A stretch of 64,000 nt of DNA from Pseudomonadota bacterium (GTDB lineage Bacteria; Pseudomonadota; Alphaproteobacteria; Sphingomonadales; Sphingomonadaceae): the NCBI GenBank assembly GCA_039033755.1, contig JBCCBZ010000013.1, forward strand, positions 9,044 through 73,043, written 5' to 3'. This document shows, piece after piece, positions 1 to 11,516 of this stretch. Position 1 is the first letter of the stretch. Each line of letters opens with the position of its first letter. The notes below the pieces were generated by a model. It saw nothing but the letters and a program-made list of their open reading frames with translations, was not told where the DNA came from and made no database searches. The position numbers and the translations under genes are program-made.

Positions 1-50
1 GGCAACAAAATGAGCTTTGTCACCTCGGTGAAGGCGGACGCCTGACGGCC

Positions 51-563
51 TTAGTTCGCTGGCTGGCGGATGTATTCGAACATGTAGGGCACAAAATCGG
101 CCTTGCCGACGTCGAGGCCTTCTTTGCGCAGGATCGAATAGGCCGCCATCACGTGGAAGTAGAATTGCGGCACCGACCAGTCGCGCGCGTAGGTGATCGT
201 GGTCATGTCGAACACCATGCCGTTGGGAATGGCGAGCTCTTGCGCGGCGTCATCGGCGGCGAAGTGGAGCTTTTCCCACTCGGCCAGATCGGCGAGCGTC
301 GCGTCAATGCGCGCCTGCGCGTCGGCAAGGGTGGCGGGGTCTTCTTCGCTCGAGGTGAAGTCAATGCCGGCCACGCGTTGCATAGATTCGCCGACCATAT
401 TGCACAGAAATCGGACCTGCACGGCGAGCGGGTGCATATCGTCGGCGAGCTTGGCCTGAAGCAGCGCATCGCCGCGTTCATCCGCCGCTGCCTTGGCAAG
501 CAGGCCCTTGAGCGTGCCAAGCATATGGCGCTGCGTGGCGACGAGGAAGGCTTTGGTGTTCAT
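51..563 (-). CDS. DUF1993 domain-containing protein
   Basis: 170 aa. Motifs LADDMHPLAVQV and PQFYFHVMAAYSILRKEGLDVGKADF are typical of DUF1993. Confidence 0.85.
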   Translation of the reverse strand: MNTKAFLVATQRHMLGTLKGLLAKAAADERGDALLQAKLADDMHPLAVQVRFLCNMVGESMQRVAGIDFTSSEEDPATLADAQARIDATLADLAEWEKLHFAADDAAQELAIPNGMVFDMTTITYARDWSVPQFYFHVMAAYSILRKEGLDVGKADFVPYMFEYIRQPAN

Positions 564-622
564 TGCATCTCTCCCTAGGGGTGTGTGACCGTGGAGATAG
601 CAATTGAGTTTCCCAATGCAAC

Positions 623-2227
623 CTAATCTGTGATGAGCGCTTGCAAGGCCTCAATCCGGTCCGCCTCGTGCACCGGCTTGTCCCAGCGGATGCGGTGGAT
701 GCGGGGGAAGCGCATGGCTAGGCCCGATTTGTGCCGCTTGGAGGTGTGGACGCTGTCGAATGCGACTTCGAAGACCAGCGTGCGCTCGACCTCGCGGACG
801 GGGCCAAAGCGATTGAGCGTCGTCTGGCGCACCAACTTGTCGAGCTTCTTGAGCTCGGCGTCGGTGAAGCCGGAATAGGCTTTGCCGACGGGCAGTAGTT
901 CGGCGCCCGCATCGGGGTCCCCGTCCCAGCAGCCGAAGGTGTAGTCGGAGTAGAAGCTCGAGCGTTTCCCGCTCCCGCGCTGCGCGTACATCAGAACGCA
1001 ATCGATCAGCAGCGGATCGCGCTTCCACTTGTACCACAGGCCCACTTTGCGGCCCGGCATGTAGGCGCTGTCCCGGCGTTTGAGCATAAGGCCTTCGATG
1101 GCGTCATCCCTCGTGCCTTCGCGGATTTCGGCGAGATGCTCAAAGTCGCGCGCCGCAACTATGGTCGACAGGTCGAAATGGCTCTGCGGCAAGCGTCCCA
1201 TCAACCTTTCGAGTTTGGCGCGCCGCTCTTCCCATGGCTGTTCGCGCAAATCCGCGCCCTCGAGGATCAGGCAATCGTAGAGCCGGACGAAGGCCGGGCT
1301 TTCGGCGAGCATCTTCTTGGAGACGGTCTTGCGGCCAAGGCGCTGTTGGAGCGCGTTGAAACTCGCTGCGCCGCCTTCTTCGCCCCCTTGTGCAGAGCCG
1401 CGCACCAGCAGCTCTCCATCGAGAACCGCGTCCATCGGTAACACGGCGAGCAACTCGGGAAACGTTGCCGAGATATCGTCGCCCGACCGCGAATACAGCC
1501 GCGTCTCACCCGCGACCCGGACTAACTGCACGCGGATGCCGTCCCATTTCCACTCCGCCGCGTAATCCTTGAGGTCGACCACCGTGTCCTCAAGCGGATG
1601 CGCAAGCATAAAGGGGCGGAACAGCGGACGGTTCGAAACATCTGGCGGGTCCGCGCCATCCGCGCCCCAGGCGAACAATTCGGCGTAGGGCGGCTTGAGC
1701 GCGTGCCAATATTCCTCGACATCCTCGACGCTCACATCGAAGGCTTGCGCAAAGGCCGTCTTGGCGAGCCGTGCGGAAACGCCAATGCGCATCCCGCCCG
1801 TCGCCAGCTTGATTAACGCGTAGCGGCCAGAGGAATCGAGCCCGTCGAGCAGTTTGGGCAATTCCTTGGGAGCGGTCGCGCGGGTGAGCGAGGACAATAG
1901 GGCCACCGTTTCGTCCAGCGACGGCGCTTGCATCTCCCGGGCCTCGCCGCCGTGCGGTTCGGGCCACAGCAGGCTGGCCGTTTCCGCCGTATCGCCGACA
2001 AAATCGCGGCTGAGCGACCACAGGAGTGGATCCACCCGCTCCTTCATCAAATTGCGGATGGTGGAGCTCTTCACCGCCGGAAAGTCGAGCCCGCCCGTGA
2101 GCGCCGCCAGAGCCCAGCCCCGGCCGGGATCGGGCGTCTCGCGCAGATAGGCGCTCAGCAGCGCGAGCTTGCGATTGCGGCTGTTGGTGTAGACCAGAGC
2201 GTCGAGAAGAGCGGCAAAGCGGTTCAC
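623..2227 (-). CDS. ATP-dependent DNA ligase (ligase-associated DNA damage response type)
   Basis: 534 aa. Adenylation motif EWKWDGIR, EGLMLKR, WYKWKR and C-terminal MRFPRI. Lies near the ligase-associated exonuclease. Confidence 0.93.
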   Translation of the reverse strand: MNRFAALLDALVYTNSRNRKLALLSAYLRETPDPGRGWALAALTGGLDFPAVKSSTIRNLMKERVDPLLWSLSRDFVGDTAETASLLWPEPHGGEAREMQAPSLDETVALLSSLTRATAPKELPKLLDGLDSSGRYALIKLATGGMRIGVSARLAKTAFAQAFDVSVEDVEEYWHALKPPYAELFAWGADGADPPDVSNRPLFRPFMLAHPLEDTVVDLKDYAAEWKWDGIRVQLVRVAGETRLYSRSGDDISATFPELLAVLPMDAVLDGELLVRGSAQGGEEGGAASFNALQQRLGRKTVSKKMLAESPAFVRLYDCLILEGADLREQPWEERRAKLERLMGRLPQSHFDLSTIVAARDFEHLAEIREGTRDDAIEGLMLKRRDSAYMPGRKVGLWYKWKRDPLLIDCVLMYAQRGSGKRSSFYSDYTFGCWDGDPDAGAELLPVGKAYSGFTDAELKKLDKLVRQTTLNRFGPVREVERTLVFEVAFDSVHTSKRHKSGLAMRFPRIHRIRWDKPVHEADRIEALQALITD

Positions 2228-2338
2228 GCGCGGCCTTTCAAAAGGGCTTGCATCGTGGCTTCATCGAAGAGACATGTGGCACGGTTAAAGCCCGCGACAG
2301 TCGCGACCGATTTCAACAGGACCAAGGAACGCCTATCC

Positions 2339-2647
2339 ATGAAGACCACCGCTCTTGCTCTCGTCAGCGCCCTTTCTGTCGCTGGACTTACGCTCACCGC
2401 CGCTCCGGCGATGGCCGACGGCCATGTTGAGAAGGCGAACAAGCTCAGCGTCGACAACACGATTGAAGAGCTGATGAGCAACAAGGCGAGCGCGGCGGTG
2501 CTGGAAAAGCATCTTCCGGGCATTGGCAGCCACATGATGTACGACTTCTTCAAAGGCATGACCTTGAAGGAACTTGCCCCGCAATCGAGCGGCCTGGTGA
2601 CCGACGAAACCATCGCCAAGATCGCCGCCGATCTGAAAGCGCTCTAG
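2339..2647 (+). CDS. Small secreted hypothetical protein (102 aa)
   Basis: ATG at 2339 with upstream AAGGA, inside track ORF 1928..2647. Signal peptide MKTTALALVSALSVAGLTLTAAPAMA. Fills the gap between ligase and exonuclease on the opposite strand. Confidence 0.75.
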   Translation: MKTTALALVSALSVAGLTLTAAPAMADGHVEKANKLSVDNTIEELMSNKASAAVLEKHLPGIGSHMMYDFFKGMTLKELAPQSSGLVTDETIAKIAADLKAL

Positions 2648-2688
2648 ACCCGGCAAAGCGGCGATGGATTGAGGGTGGCGCGCCGCGC

Positions 2689-3720
2689 TCATTCGTCCTC
2701 ATCCTCGCGCCCGACCAGCGCCAGCGCCCGCGCGCGGCGTTGGTTCAGCTCGCACCAGCGCAGCAGCGCTTCCTCGCGCCCATGAGTGATCCAGGTTTCA
2801 GCTGGGTTCACCTCGGCGATGGTTTGCGTCAGCTCGTTCCAATCGGCGTGGTCGGAGATCACCAAAGGCAGCTCCACCCCGCGTTGCCGCGCGCGCTGCC
2901 GCACCCGCATCCAGCCCGACGCCATGGCGCTGATCGGATCGGGCAAGCGCCGTGACCAGCGGTCGTTCAGCGCGGACGGCGGGGCGATGATGATCGAGCC
3001 GCGCATATCCTCTTTCGTGTGATCCGCGACCAGGCGCAGCTCGCCCAGATCGACGCCGTGTTCTTCATACAGGCGGCACATCTTCTCCATCGCGCCGTGC
3101 AGATAGATCGGGGCATGATGCCCCGCCGCGCGCAGTTCCGCGATGACCCGCTGCGCTTTACCGAGAGCGTAAGCGCCAACCAGCACACATTGATCGGGAT
3201 GGTCGTTGAGCGCCGCGAGCAGCTTCGCCATCTCCTCCTCAATCGGGGGGTGAGCGAAGACCGGCAGGCCAAAGGTCGCCTCGGTGATGAAGATGTCGCA
3301 CGGCGTCACTTCGAACGGCGCGCAGGTCGGATCGGGGCGGCGCTTGTAGTCGCCGGTGATGATCACCCGCTCGCCCGCGTGCTCGAGCAGAATCTGCGCC
3401 GAACCCAGCACATGCCCCGCCGGAATGTAGGTCGCGTCCACACCGCCAGGGAGCCGAATGGTCTCGCCATATTCGCACGGGATGGCTTTGTGAGGGATTT
3501 GGCCTTCGGGATCTTCGGCTCCGGTGCGGTAACGCAGTTCCATGATCGCCAACGTTTCGGGCGTGGCCACTGTCTCACCATGCCCGCCGCGCGCGTGGTC
3601 GGCGTGGCCGTGGGTGACTAAAGCCTTGTCCACCGCGCGGCCCGGATCGACCCAGCAATCCGCCGGGACAATATGCACGCCCCACGGTTCGGGGCGGATC
3701 CAGGAAAAAGGCGGGCTCAT
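2689..3720 (-). CDS. Ligase-associated DNA damage response exonuclease (metallo-beta-lactamase/beta-CASP fold)
   Basis: THGHADHA metal motif, AGHVLGSA, TGDYKR, EATFGLP, SDHADW. Confidence 0.92.
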   Translation of the reverse strand: MSPPFSWIRPEPWGVHIVPADCWVDPGRAVDKALVTHGHADHARGGHGETVATPETLAIMELRYRTGAEDPEGQIPHKAIPCEYGETIRLPGGVDATYIPAGHVLGSAQILLEHAGERVIITGDYKRRPDPTCAPFEVTPCDIFITEATFGLPVFAHPPIEEEMAKLLAALNDHPDQCVLVGAYALGKAQRVIAELRAAGHHAPIYLHGAMEKMCRLYEEHGVDLGELRLVADHTKEDMRGSIIIAPPSALNDRWSRRLPDPISAMASGWMRVRQRARQRGVELPLVISDHADWNELTQTIAEVNPAETWITHGREEALLRWCELNQRRARALALVGREDEDE

Positions 3721-3758
3721 AAGGGTTTGAACCCGTGCAAGCGCGCCCGTGTTCCCAA

Positions 3759-5879
3759 TTACTCAGCCGACTCCATCGTCGGCGGAGCGGACGGCTCAAT
3801 ACTTTCCGACTTGGGCGCTTTGTCGCGGTACTTATCAAACCACGCGATCACCGCGGCGGTCTTCCGCGCCAACTGGCTGGGCGACATGGTCGTGTCTCCG
3901 TGGCTGCCGCCCGGCGTCACCAGCAGCGCGGTGTCGACCCCCTGCAATTTGAGCGCGCCGTAGAACTGCTCGGCCTCGCTGCGCGGGGTGCGGTAATCTT
4001 CGGCTGCGACCAGAACCATGGTCGGCGTCGTTATCTTATCCGCGTTGGCAAGCGGCGAGCGCGCCCAATAGCCCAGCGGGTCTTCCCACGGCTTTTTCTT
4101 CATCCAATAGCGTTGGAAGAACGGATAGGCGTCCGCCATCAGCGCCATCGTCGTCCAGTTGATCACCGGCTTGTTCGACGCGGCCGCGGCAAAGCGATTG
4201 GTCACGCCGACCAGCCACGCGGTCAGGATGCCGCCACCCGATCCGCCGGTGACGAACAGATTGTCGGGATCGGCGTAGCCCGCCGCCACGGCCGCATCGA
4301 CCGCCGCCAGAAGCTCCGCATCATTGGGCACGGGATAGGTGTTATCAATACCGTATGCGAAGGCCTCGCCATATCCGGTCGATCCGGTGGGGTTGGTGAA
4401 GAGCGTTGCGTAACCCGCGCTCGCATAGAGTTGGTAATCGGTCGAGAAATGCGGGCCATAGGAAGCGAACGGGCCGCCATGGATTTCCAGGATCATCGGG
4501 ACCGGTGTCCCCTCCACATAGCCGGGCGGCAGCGTGATCCAGCTCGGGATGCGTTTGCCGTCGGGCATGGTGACCTCGATGGCGCGCGTTTGGCCCAGGG
4601 CTTTGCCCGCCAGCTTCACATCGTTGAGGAAGGTCAGCTGACGCGCACGCGCGCGGCGCAGGACCGAGATATCGGCGGGGCGAACCGCGCTGCCGCTGGT
4701 GAAGGCGAGCGTGCCGTCCTCCGCGACCGACCATTGCCCGCCGACATAGGGCCGCGAATAGCCGGGCGAAGCGACCCGCGCGTCCAGTTCAGCGACGGTG
4801 CCGGCGGGAGAGACTTTGGCGACGCTGTAAACGCCTTCGTTTTCGTATCCGGCGAACAGGCCCGCCTCGGTCCATTCAAGGCTGTTGAACGAGCGGTCGA
4901 ACCCGATGGCGATCTGGCGCGAATCGGTGCCGTCAGCGTTCATGATATAGAGCCGCGTTTCGTGGTAATCGCGGCCCAGATCGTCTGAACCGAGATAGGC
5001 GATGCGCGTGCCATCGGGGCTCACTTGCGGGGCGGCGTCCGGGCCATCGCGGGTGGTGAGTTCGGTGATCGCGCCGCTGGCGACGTCAATCGCGTAAATC
5101 TCGCTGTCGTTTCCGGCCATCTCCCAGTTCTCATCGCGATTGCCGCTGATCAGGATGCGCTGGCCGTCGGGCGTCCATTCGATGGAGCCGCCGTGGTTGC
5201 GATCGCCAAATGTCAGCTGGCGCGGCGCGCCGCCGGTCGCGCTGACGGTGAAGATCTGGCTGTAGCCCGGCTTGACGTAGCCCGCGCCATCGCGGCGATA
5301 GGTCACCGCATCGGTGATCATCGGGGGCGCCTTCCACTCGGCGCCTTCCGGCTTGGCGGGCGCGCTGCCCAGGCTCAGCCCCTTTTCCGGGACGCGCGCG
5401 GAATAGGCGATCGTCTTGCCATCGGGCGACCATGCGATGCCGCGCGGGCTTTCAGCGAGCGCGGTGATGTTGGCGCTTTGCCCGGTGGCCATCCAGCGCA
5501 CATGCAATTCGGGTCCGCCGCCGCTCTGCGTCGAGATGTAAGCGAGCCGCATGCCATCGGGCGACCAGCGCGGCGATCCGTGGCCGCCTTCACCCGTCAC
5601 CAGCGGGGTTTCCGCTCCGCTCGCCACGTCGATCATCCAGATCGAAGAGACCGCGCGGTCAGTCATGATATCGTTGGTCAGGCGCACATAGGCGATTTTT
5701 GAGCCATCGGGGCTGATCTGGGGATCAGCGGCCACCGAAAGGCCGAACAGATCCGCGCCGGTGAATTTGGCGTTCTCGGCGGCGGGATCTTTGTCCTCGG
5801 TGTGGCCGTCTGCGGCTACGGGAGCGCTGAAAGCTAACGCACTGGCGGTGGCGGCGAGGATAAGCGAGCGTGCAAACAT
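3759..5879 (-). CDS. S9 family (prolyl oligopeptidase/acylaminoacyl peptidase) secreted peptidase
   Basis: Signal peptide, repeated WSPDG/SPDG beta-propeller motifs, HGGP, nucleophile motif GGSGGG, DYRT, SHG. Confidence 0.92.
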   Translation of the reverse strand: MFARSLILAATASALAFSAPVAADGHTEDKDPAAENAKFTGADLFGLSVAADPQISPDGSKIAYVRLTNDIMTDRAVSSIWMIDVASGAETPLVTGEGGHGSPRWSPDGMRLAYISTQSGGGPELHVRWMATGQSANITALAESPRGIAWSPDGKTIAYSARVPEKGLSLGSAPAKPEGAEWKAPPMITDAVTYRRDGAGYVKPGYSQIFTVSATGGAPRQLTFGDRNHGGSIEWTPDGQRILISGNRDENWEMAGNDSEIYAIDVASGAITELTTRDGPDAAPQVSPDGTRIAYLGSDDLGRDYHETRLYIMNADGTDSRQIAIGFDRSFNSLEWTEAGLFAGYENEGVYSVAKVSPAGTVAELDARVASPGYSRPYVGGQWSVAEDGTLAFTSGSAVRPADISVLRRARARQLTFLNDVKLAGKALGQTRAIEVTMPDGKRIPSWITLPPGYVEGTPVPMILEIHGGPFASYGPHFSTDYQLYASAGYATLFTNPTGSTGYGEAFAYGIDNTYPVPNDAELLAAVDAAVAAGYADPDNLFVTGGSGGGILTAWLVGVTNRFAAAASNKPVINWTTMALMADAYPFFQRYWMKKKPWEDPLGYWARSPLANADKITTPTMVLVAAEDYRTPRSEAEQFYGALKLQGVDTALLVTPGGSHGDTTMSPSQLARKTAAVIAWFDKYRDKAPKSESIEPSAPPTMESAE

Positions 5880-5883
5880 GAAA

Positions 5884-5910
5884 CGGCCCCTGATTTGTGG
5901 TCAGGGGCCG
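5884..5910 (-). terminator. Perfect 10-bp hairpin between clpA and the S9 peptidase (terminator-like; covers the S9 RBS)
   Basis: CGGCCCCTGA (5884-5893) and TCAGGGGCCG (5901-5910) with a 7-nt loop. On the minus strand it is followed by TTTC and then the S9 ATG. Confidence 0.5.
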
Positions 5911-5959
5911 CTTAATCATATGTTGGATGGGAAGGCTAGGGTCACGCCCTCAGGACGCT

Positions 5960-8353
<2,394 letters not shown>

Positions 8354-8466
8354 TTAAGGGGCCTTATCACTGGCGGGTGAACGCTCCGCGAATGGGAGCA
8401 TAGGGAGAGGTCGAAGAGTATATGGGACGAAACCACCAAATTGCGACTCTCGCATCACAGGGCGGC

Positions 8467-8673
8467 TCATGATTTGGAGCCCCCGAACAAGGCGTCGGCG
8501 GCGGCGCGGTGGGCGCTGGCTTTCTCGCTGTGGGTTTTGACCCGCGCAATTTCGGTTTCGAGCAGCGCAACGCGCGCGGCCAATTCGTCTTGCGAGTAGG
8601 GGCCAAGATCCTCGGCAGCGAGGCGTGAAGCGGCGTCCCCACGGGGACTCGGGCGCTCGTCGTCTTCCATCAC
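8467..8673 (-). CDS. DUF1192 domain-containing protein
   Basis: 68 aa. EDLGPYSQDELAARVALLETEIARV...AADALF pattern; upstream of clpA. Confidence 0.85.
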   Translation of the reverse strand: MMEDDERPSPRGDAASRLAAEDLGPYSQDELAARVALLETEIARVKTHSEKASAHRAAADALFGGSKS

Positions 8674-8784
8674 GTTCCAACATCCGGTTGAGGCGGCTTG
8701 CTGTCAATGCGCGAGAGGGTTATTCGCCGGTGCAAATTCGACAGTGTTTGAAACGGGCAACGCGCAACGGGGGCAAGCCGATCG

Positions 8785-9822
8785 ATGGGCGACACAATCC
8801 AAAAGTCTGACCTTCCAGATATTGTGCCAGAGGCGATGCAAGCCATTGGCTTCGAGGCGCCGGGTGGTCCCGATGTCCTTGCAATAGAGACGGTGAGCAC
8901 GCCCAAGCCCGGCCTTGAGGACGTTCTGATTCGCGTCGTCTACGCCGGAGTCAATCGCCCCGACTGCATTCAACGCGCGGGCAATTACCCTGCGCCACCC
9001 GGCGCTTCACCGATTATCGGTCTCGAAGTGGCGGGCGAAGTGGTCGCCGTTGGGGCCAATGTTCCGGCGGAAATGCTGGGCGCGCGGGTCGCGGCGCTAA
9101 CTCCGGGTGGCGGATACGCCGAATATTGCACCGCGCCTTGGCAGCATTGCTTGGATGTGCCCGACGATATGCCGCTCAAAATCGCGGCTGCCTTGCCCGA
9201 AACGCTCTTCACCGTGTGGCACAACGTGTTTGAGCGCGGGATGGCGCGCGATGGGGAGACCTTGCTGGTCCATGGCGGCACTTCGGGCATCGGAACCATG
9301 GCGATCATGCTCGCCAAAATGTTCGAGATGAAGGTCATCACCACCTGCGGCGACGAAGCCAAATGCGAAGCCGCGCGCCAGGTCGGAGCGGATTTGGCGA
9401 TAAATTACCGCGAGGCTGATTTCGTCGAGGCGGCAAAGGAGTTCACCGGCGGCAAGGGCGTCGATGTGGTGCTCGATATGGTGTCGGGCGATTATGTGCC
9501 GCGCAATCTCCAATGCATGGCGGAGGACGGGCGGCACGTGACGATCGCGATGTTGGGCGGGCCCAAGGCGGAGCTGTTCATGCCCATGGTGATGATGAAG
9601 CGCCTGACGCTGACCGGATCGACGCTGCGCCCGCGTTCGGACGCGTTCAAGGCCGCTCTGGCCGATGAGATCGCGCAGCACGCCTGGCCGCTTTTTAGCA
9701 GCGGAGACCTCGCGCCGGTGATGGATCAGACCTTCCCGCTAGCCGAGGCTAGCGCCGCCCATACGCGGATGGAAGCGGGCGAGCATATCGGCAAGATCGT
9801 GCTGGAGGTGGCGGGTGGCTGA
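8785..9822 (+). CDS. NAD(P)H-quinone oxidoreductase (PIG3/zeta-crystallin family)
   Basis: GVNRPD, GLEVAG, VHGGTSGIG, GSTLRPR, GKIVL. Confidence 0.92.
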   Translation: MGDTIQKSDLPDIVPEAMQAIGFEAPGGPDVLAIETVSTPKPGLEDVLIRVVYAGVNRPDCIQRAGNYPAPPGASPIIGLEVAGEVVAVGANVPAEMLGARVAALTPGGGYAEYCTAPWQHCLDVPDDMPLKIAAALPETLFTVWHNVFERGMARDGETLLVHGGTSGIGTMAIMLAKMFEMKVITTCGDEAKCEAARQVGADLAINYREADFVEAAKEFTGGKGVDVVLDMVSGDYVPRNLQCMAEDGRHVTIAMLGGPKAELFMPMVMMKRLTLTGSTLRPRSDAFKAALADEIAQHAWPLFSSGDLAPVMDQTFPLAEASAAHTRMEAGEHIGKIVLEVAGG

Positions 9823-10444
9823 AACGCTTGTTCTCCATGAGGATCCGTGCAGCGGCAATTGCTACAAGATCAAACTGACCGCCGCTTTGTTGGGTCTGCC
9901 GCTGGAGACGCGGCAGTACGACATCATGAAGGGCGAGACCCGCACATCTGAGTTTCTTTCGACCATCAACGCCAATGGCCGCATTCCGGTGCTGCAAATC
10001 GGCGAAGGGGAGACCGCGCGCTTTCTTCCCGAAAGCAACGCGGCGTGTTGGTATCTCGCCAGCGGTTCGCACCTCGTGCCGGACACGCCTTTCGAACAGG
10101 CCGACACTTTGCGCTGGATGTTCTTCGAACAATACAATCACGAACCCAACGTCGCGACCATGCGGTTCTGGATGAAGTTCGTGGGCGAAGCGAACTTGAA
10201 CGCCGATCAGCGCGCGCAGCTCCCGATCAAACGCGCCAACGGCGAAGAAGCGCTGTCTCTACTCGATGGGCAATTGGCGGATCTCCCATTTCTTTGCGGC
10301 GACGCGGTGAAGCTCGCCGATCTGGTGCTGTTTCCCTACACGCACAAAGCCGAAGAGGGCGGATTCTCGCTCGAATCGTTCAACCATGTGCGTGGCTGGA
10401 TTGAGCGTGTTGAGAGCCTGGACCGCTTTATCACCATGGATTGA
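9815..10444 (+). CDS. Glutathione S-transferase family protein
   Basis: SGNCYK, NANGRIPVL, ESNA, WMFFEQYNHEP. 8-nt overlap with the upstream gene. Confidence 0.9.
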   Translation: MAETLVLHEDPCSGNCYKIKLTAALLGLPLETRQYDIMKGETRTSEFLSTINANGRIPVLQIGEGETARFLPESNAACWYLASGSHLVPDTPFEQADTLRWMFFEQYNHEPNVATMRFWMKFVGEANLNADQRAQLPIKRANGEEALSLLDGQLADLPFLCGDAVKLADLVLFPYTHKAEEGGFSLESFNHVRGWIERVESLDRFITMD

Positions 10445-10499
10445 GCGCTGGGGCGGCGCTGCCACATCACAGTCATATATCGTGCGCGGTTTCGCCAAA

Positions 10500-10528
10500 T
10501 CGTAACCGCGCTGTGAATCGCTTGTAAC
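10500..10528 (+). promoter_or_regulatory. Pho box-like array (three 7-mers at 11-bp periodicity)
   Basis: TCGTAAC-cgcg-CTGTGAA-tcgc-TTGTAAC, ending 55 nt upstream of the plcP-like ATG. Resembles the PhoB consensus CTGTCAT-N4-CTGTCAT. Confidence 0.6.
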
Positions 10529-10583
10529 AATAGTCTGTCAAAGGCGAGGGTATCCAAGAAGCGGTGTCCGAGGCTCTTTTGCG

Positions 10584-11516
10584 ATGACAGACTTCATGCT
10601 TTCCGATGCGCTCCGCGGCGCTCATGGCGACCATCTCGCCGGGAACATCGCCAGCTTCCCGATCGGCGAACCGGAAACCCCCGAACCCGAAGACAATCAC
10701 CGCGCGCGCTACCGCACCATCTGGATCAGCGATGTCCATCTGGGCACCAAGGGGTGCAACGCCGAAATGCTGATCGACTTTCTCGACCACACCGACAGCG
10801 AAACAATGTATCTGGTCGGCGACATCATCGACGGCTGGCGGCTGAAGAAGAAATTCTACTGGCCCACCTCGCACAACGATATTGTCTGGCGGATCATGAA
10901 GCGCGCCAAACGCGGCACCCGCGTGGTCTACATCCCCGGCAACCATGACGAGATGTTTCGCCAGTTCACCGGGCTCAACTTTGGCGGCGTCGAAATCCGC
11001 CGCGCGGCCTTTCACGAAACCGTAGATGGCCGCCGCCTGATGGTGCTCCACGGCGATGAGTTCGACGCGGTCATGCTCTCGCAGCGCTGGCTCGCCTTTG
11101 TCGGCGATTGGGCGTATGTTATGGCGATGAAGCTCAACGTGGTGGTCAACGCGGTGCGCAAGGCGATGGGAAAACCCTATTGGTCGCTGTCCAAAGCGGC
11201 GAAACACAAAGTGAAGAACGCGGTCGAATTTATCGGCCAGTATGAAGAGGTCGTAGCCAAGGCCGCGGGCGAACGCGGCGTCGATGGCGTGGTGTGCGGC
11301 CATATCCACACAGCCGAAGCGCGCACCTTCGAATTCAACGGCAAGCCGGTGGAATATTGGAACGATGGCGACTGGGTCGAAGGCTGCAACGCGCTGGTCG
11401 AGCATCACGATGGGCGAATGGAGATCCTCAACTGGCCCGACGTAATCAAGCGCCGCGAAGTCAGCGCGGCTGAGGGCCAGGACGCGCAGGACGTGCGCGC
11501 GAGGGAAGCCGCGTGA
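10584..11516 (+). CDS. plcP: PlcP-type phospholipase C (metallophosphoesterase often labelled UDP-2,3-diacylglucosamine hydrolase)
   Basis: Calcineurin-like motifs SDVHLG, GDIID, GNHD, HGD, GHIH, NDGDWVE. Coupled to a GT4 gene and preceded by a Pho box-like array. Confidence 0.75.
   Translation: MTDFMLSDALRGAHGDHLAGNIASFPIGEPETPEPEDNHRARYRTIWISDVHLGTKGCNAEMLIDFLDHTDSETMYLVGDIIDGWRLKKKFYWPTSHNDIVWRIMKRAKRGTRVVYIPGNHDEMFRQFTGLNFGGVEIRRAAFHETVDGRRLMVLHGDEFDAVMLSQRWLAFVGDWAYVMAMKLNVVVNAVRKAMGKPYWSLSKAAKHKVKNAVEFIGQYEEVVAKAAGERGVDGVVCGHIHTAEARTFEFNGKPVEYWNDGDWVEGCNALVEHHDGRMEILNWPDVIKRREVSAAEGQDAQDVRAREAA

Noticed and set aside
3721-3758. LexA box upstream of the exonuclease-ligase genes
   Set aside because: GAAC and GTTC are present but not as the alphaproteobacterial GTTC-N7-GTTC direct repeat.
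8419-8447. RpoH promoter for clpA (CCCATATA -10)
   Set aside because: The -10 is good but the -35 (GTCGCA) matches CTTGAA at only 3 of 6 positions; too weak to call.
10584-11516. Annotation as LpxH (lipid A biosynthesis)
   Set aside because: Coupling to an Agt-like GT4 and a Pho box fits PlcP better, and alphaproteobacteria generally use LpxI for that step.
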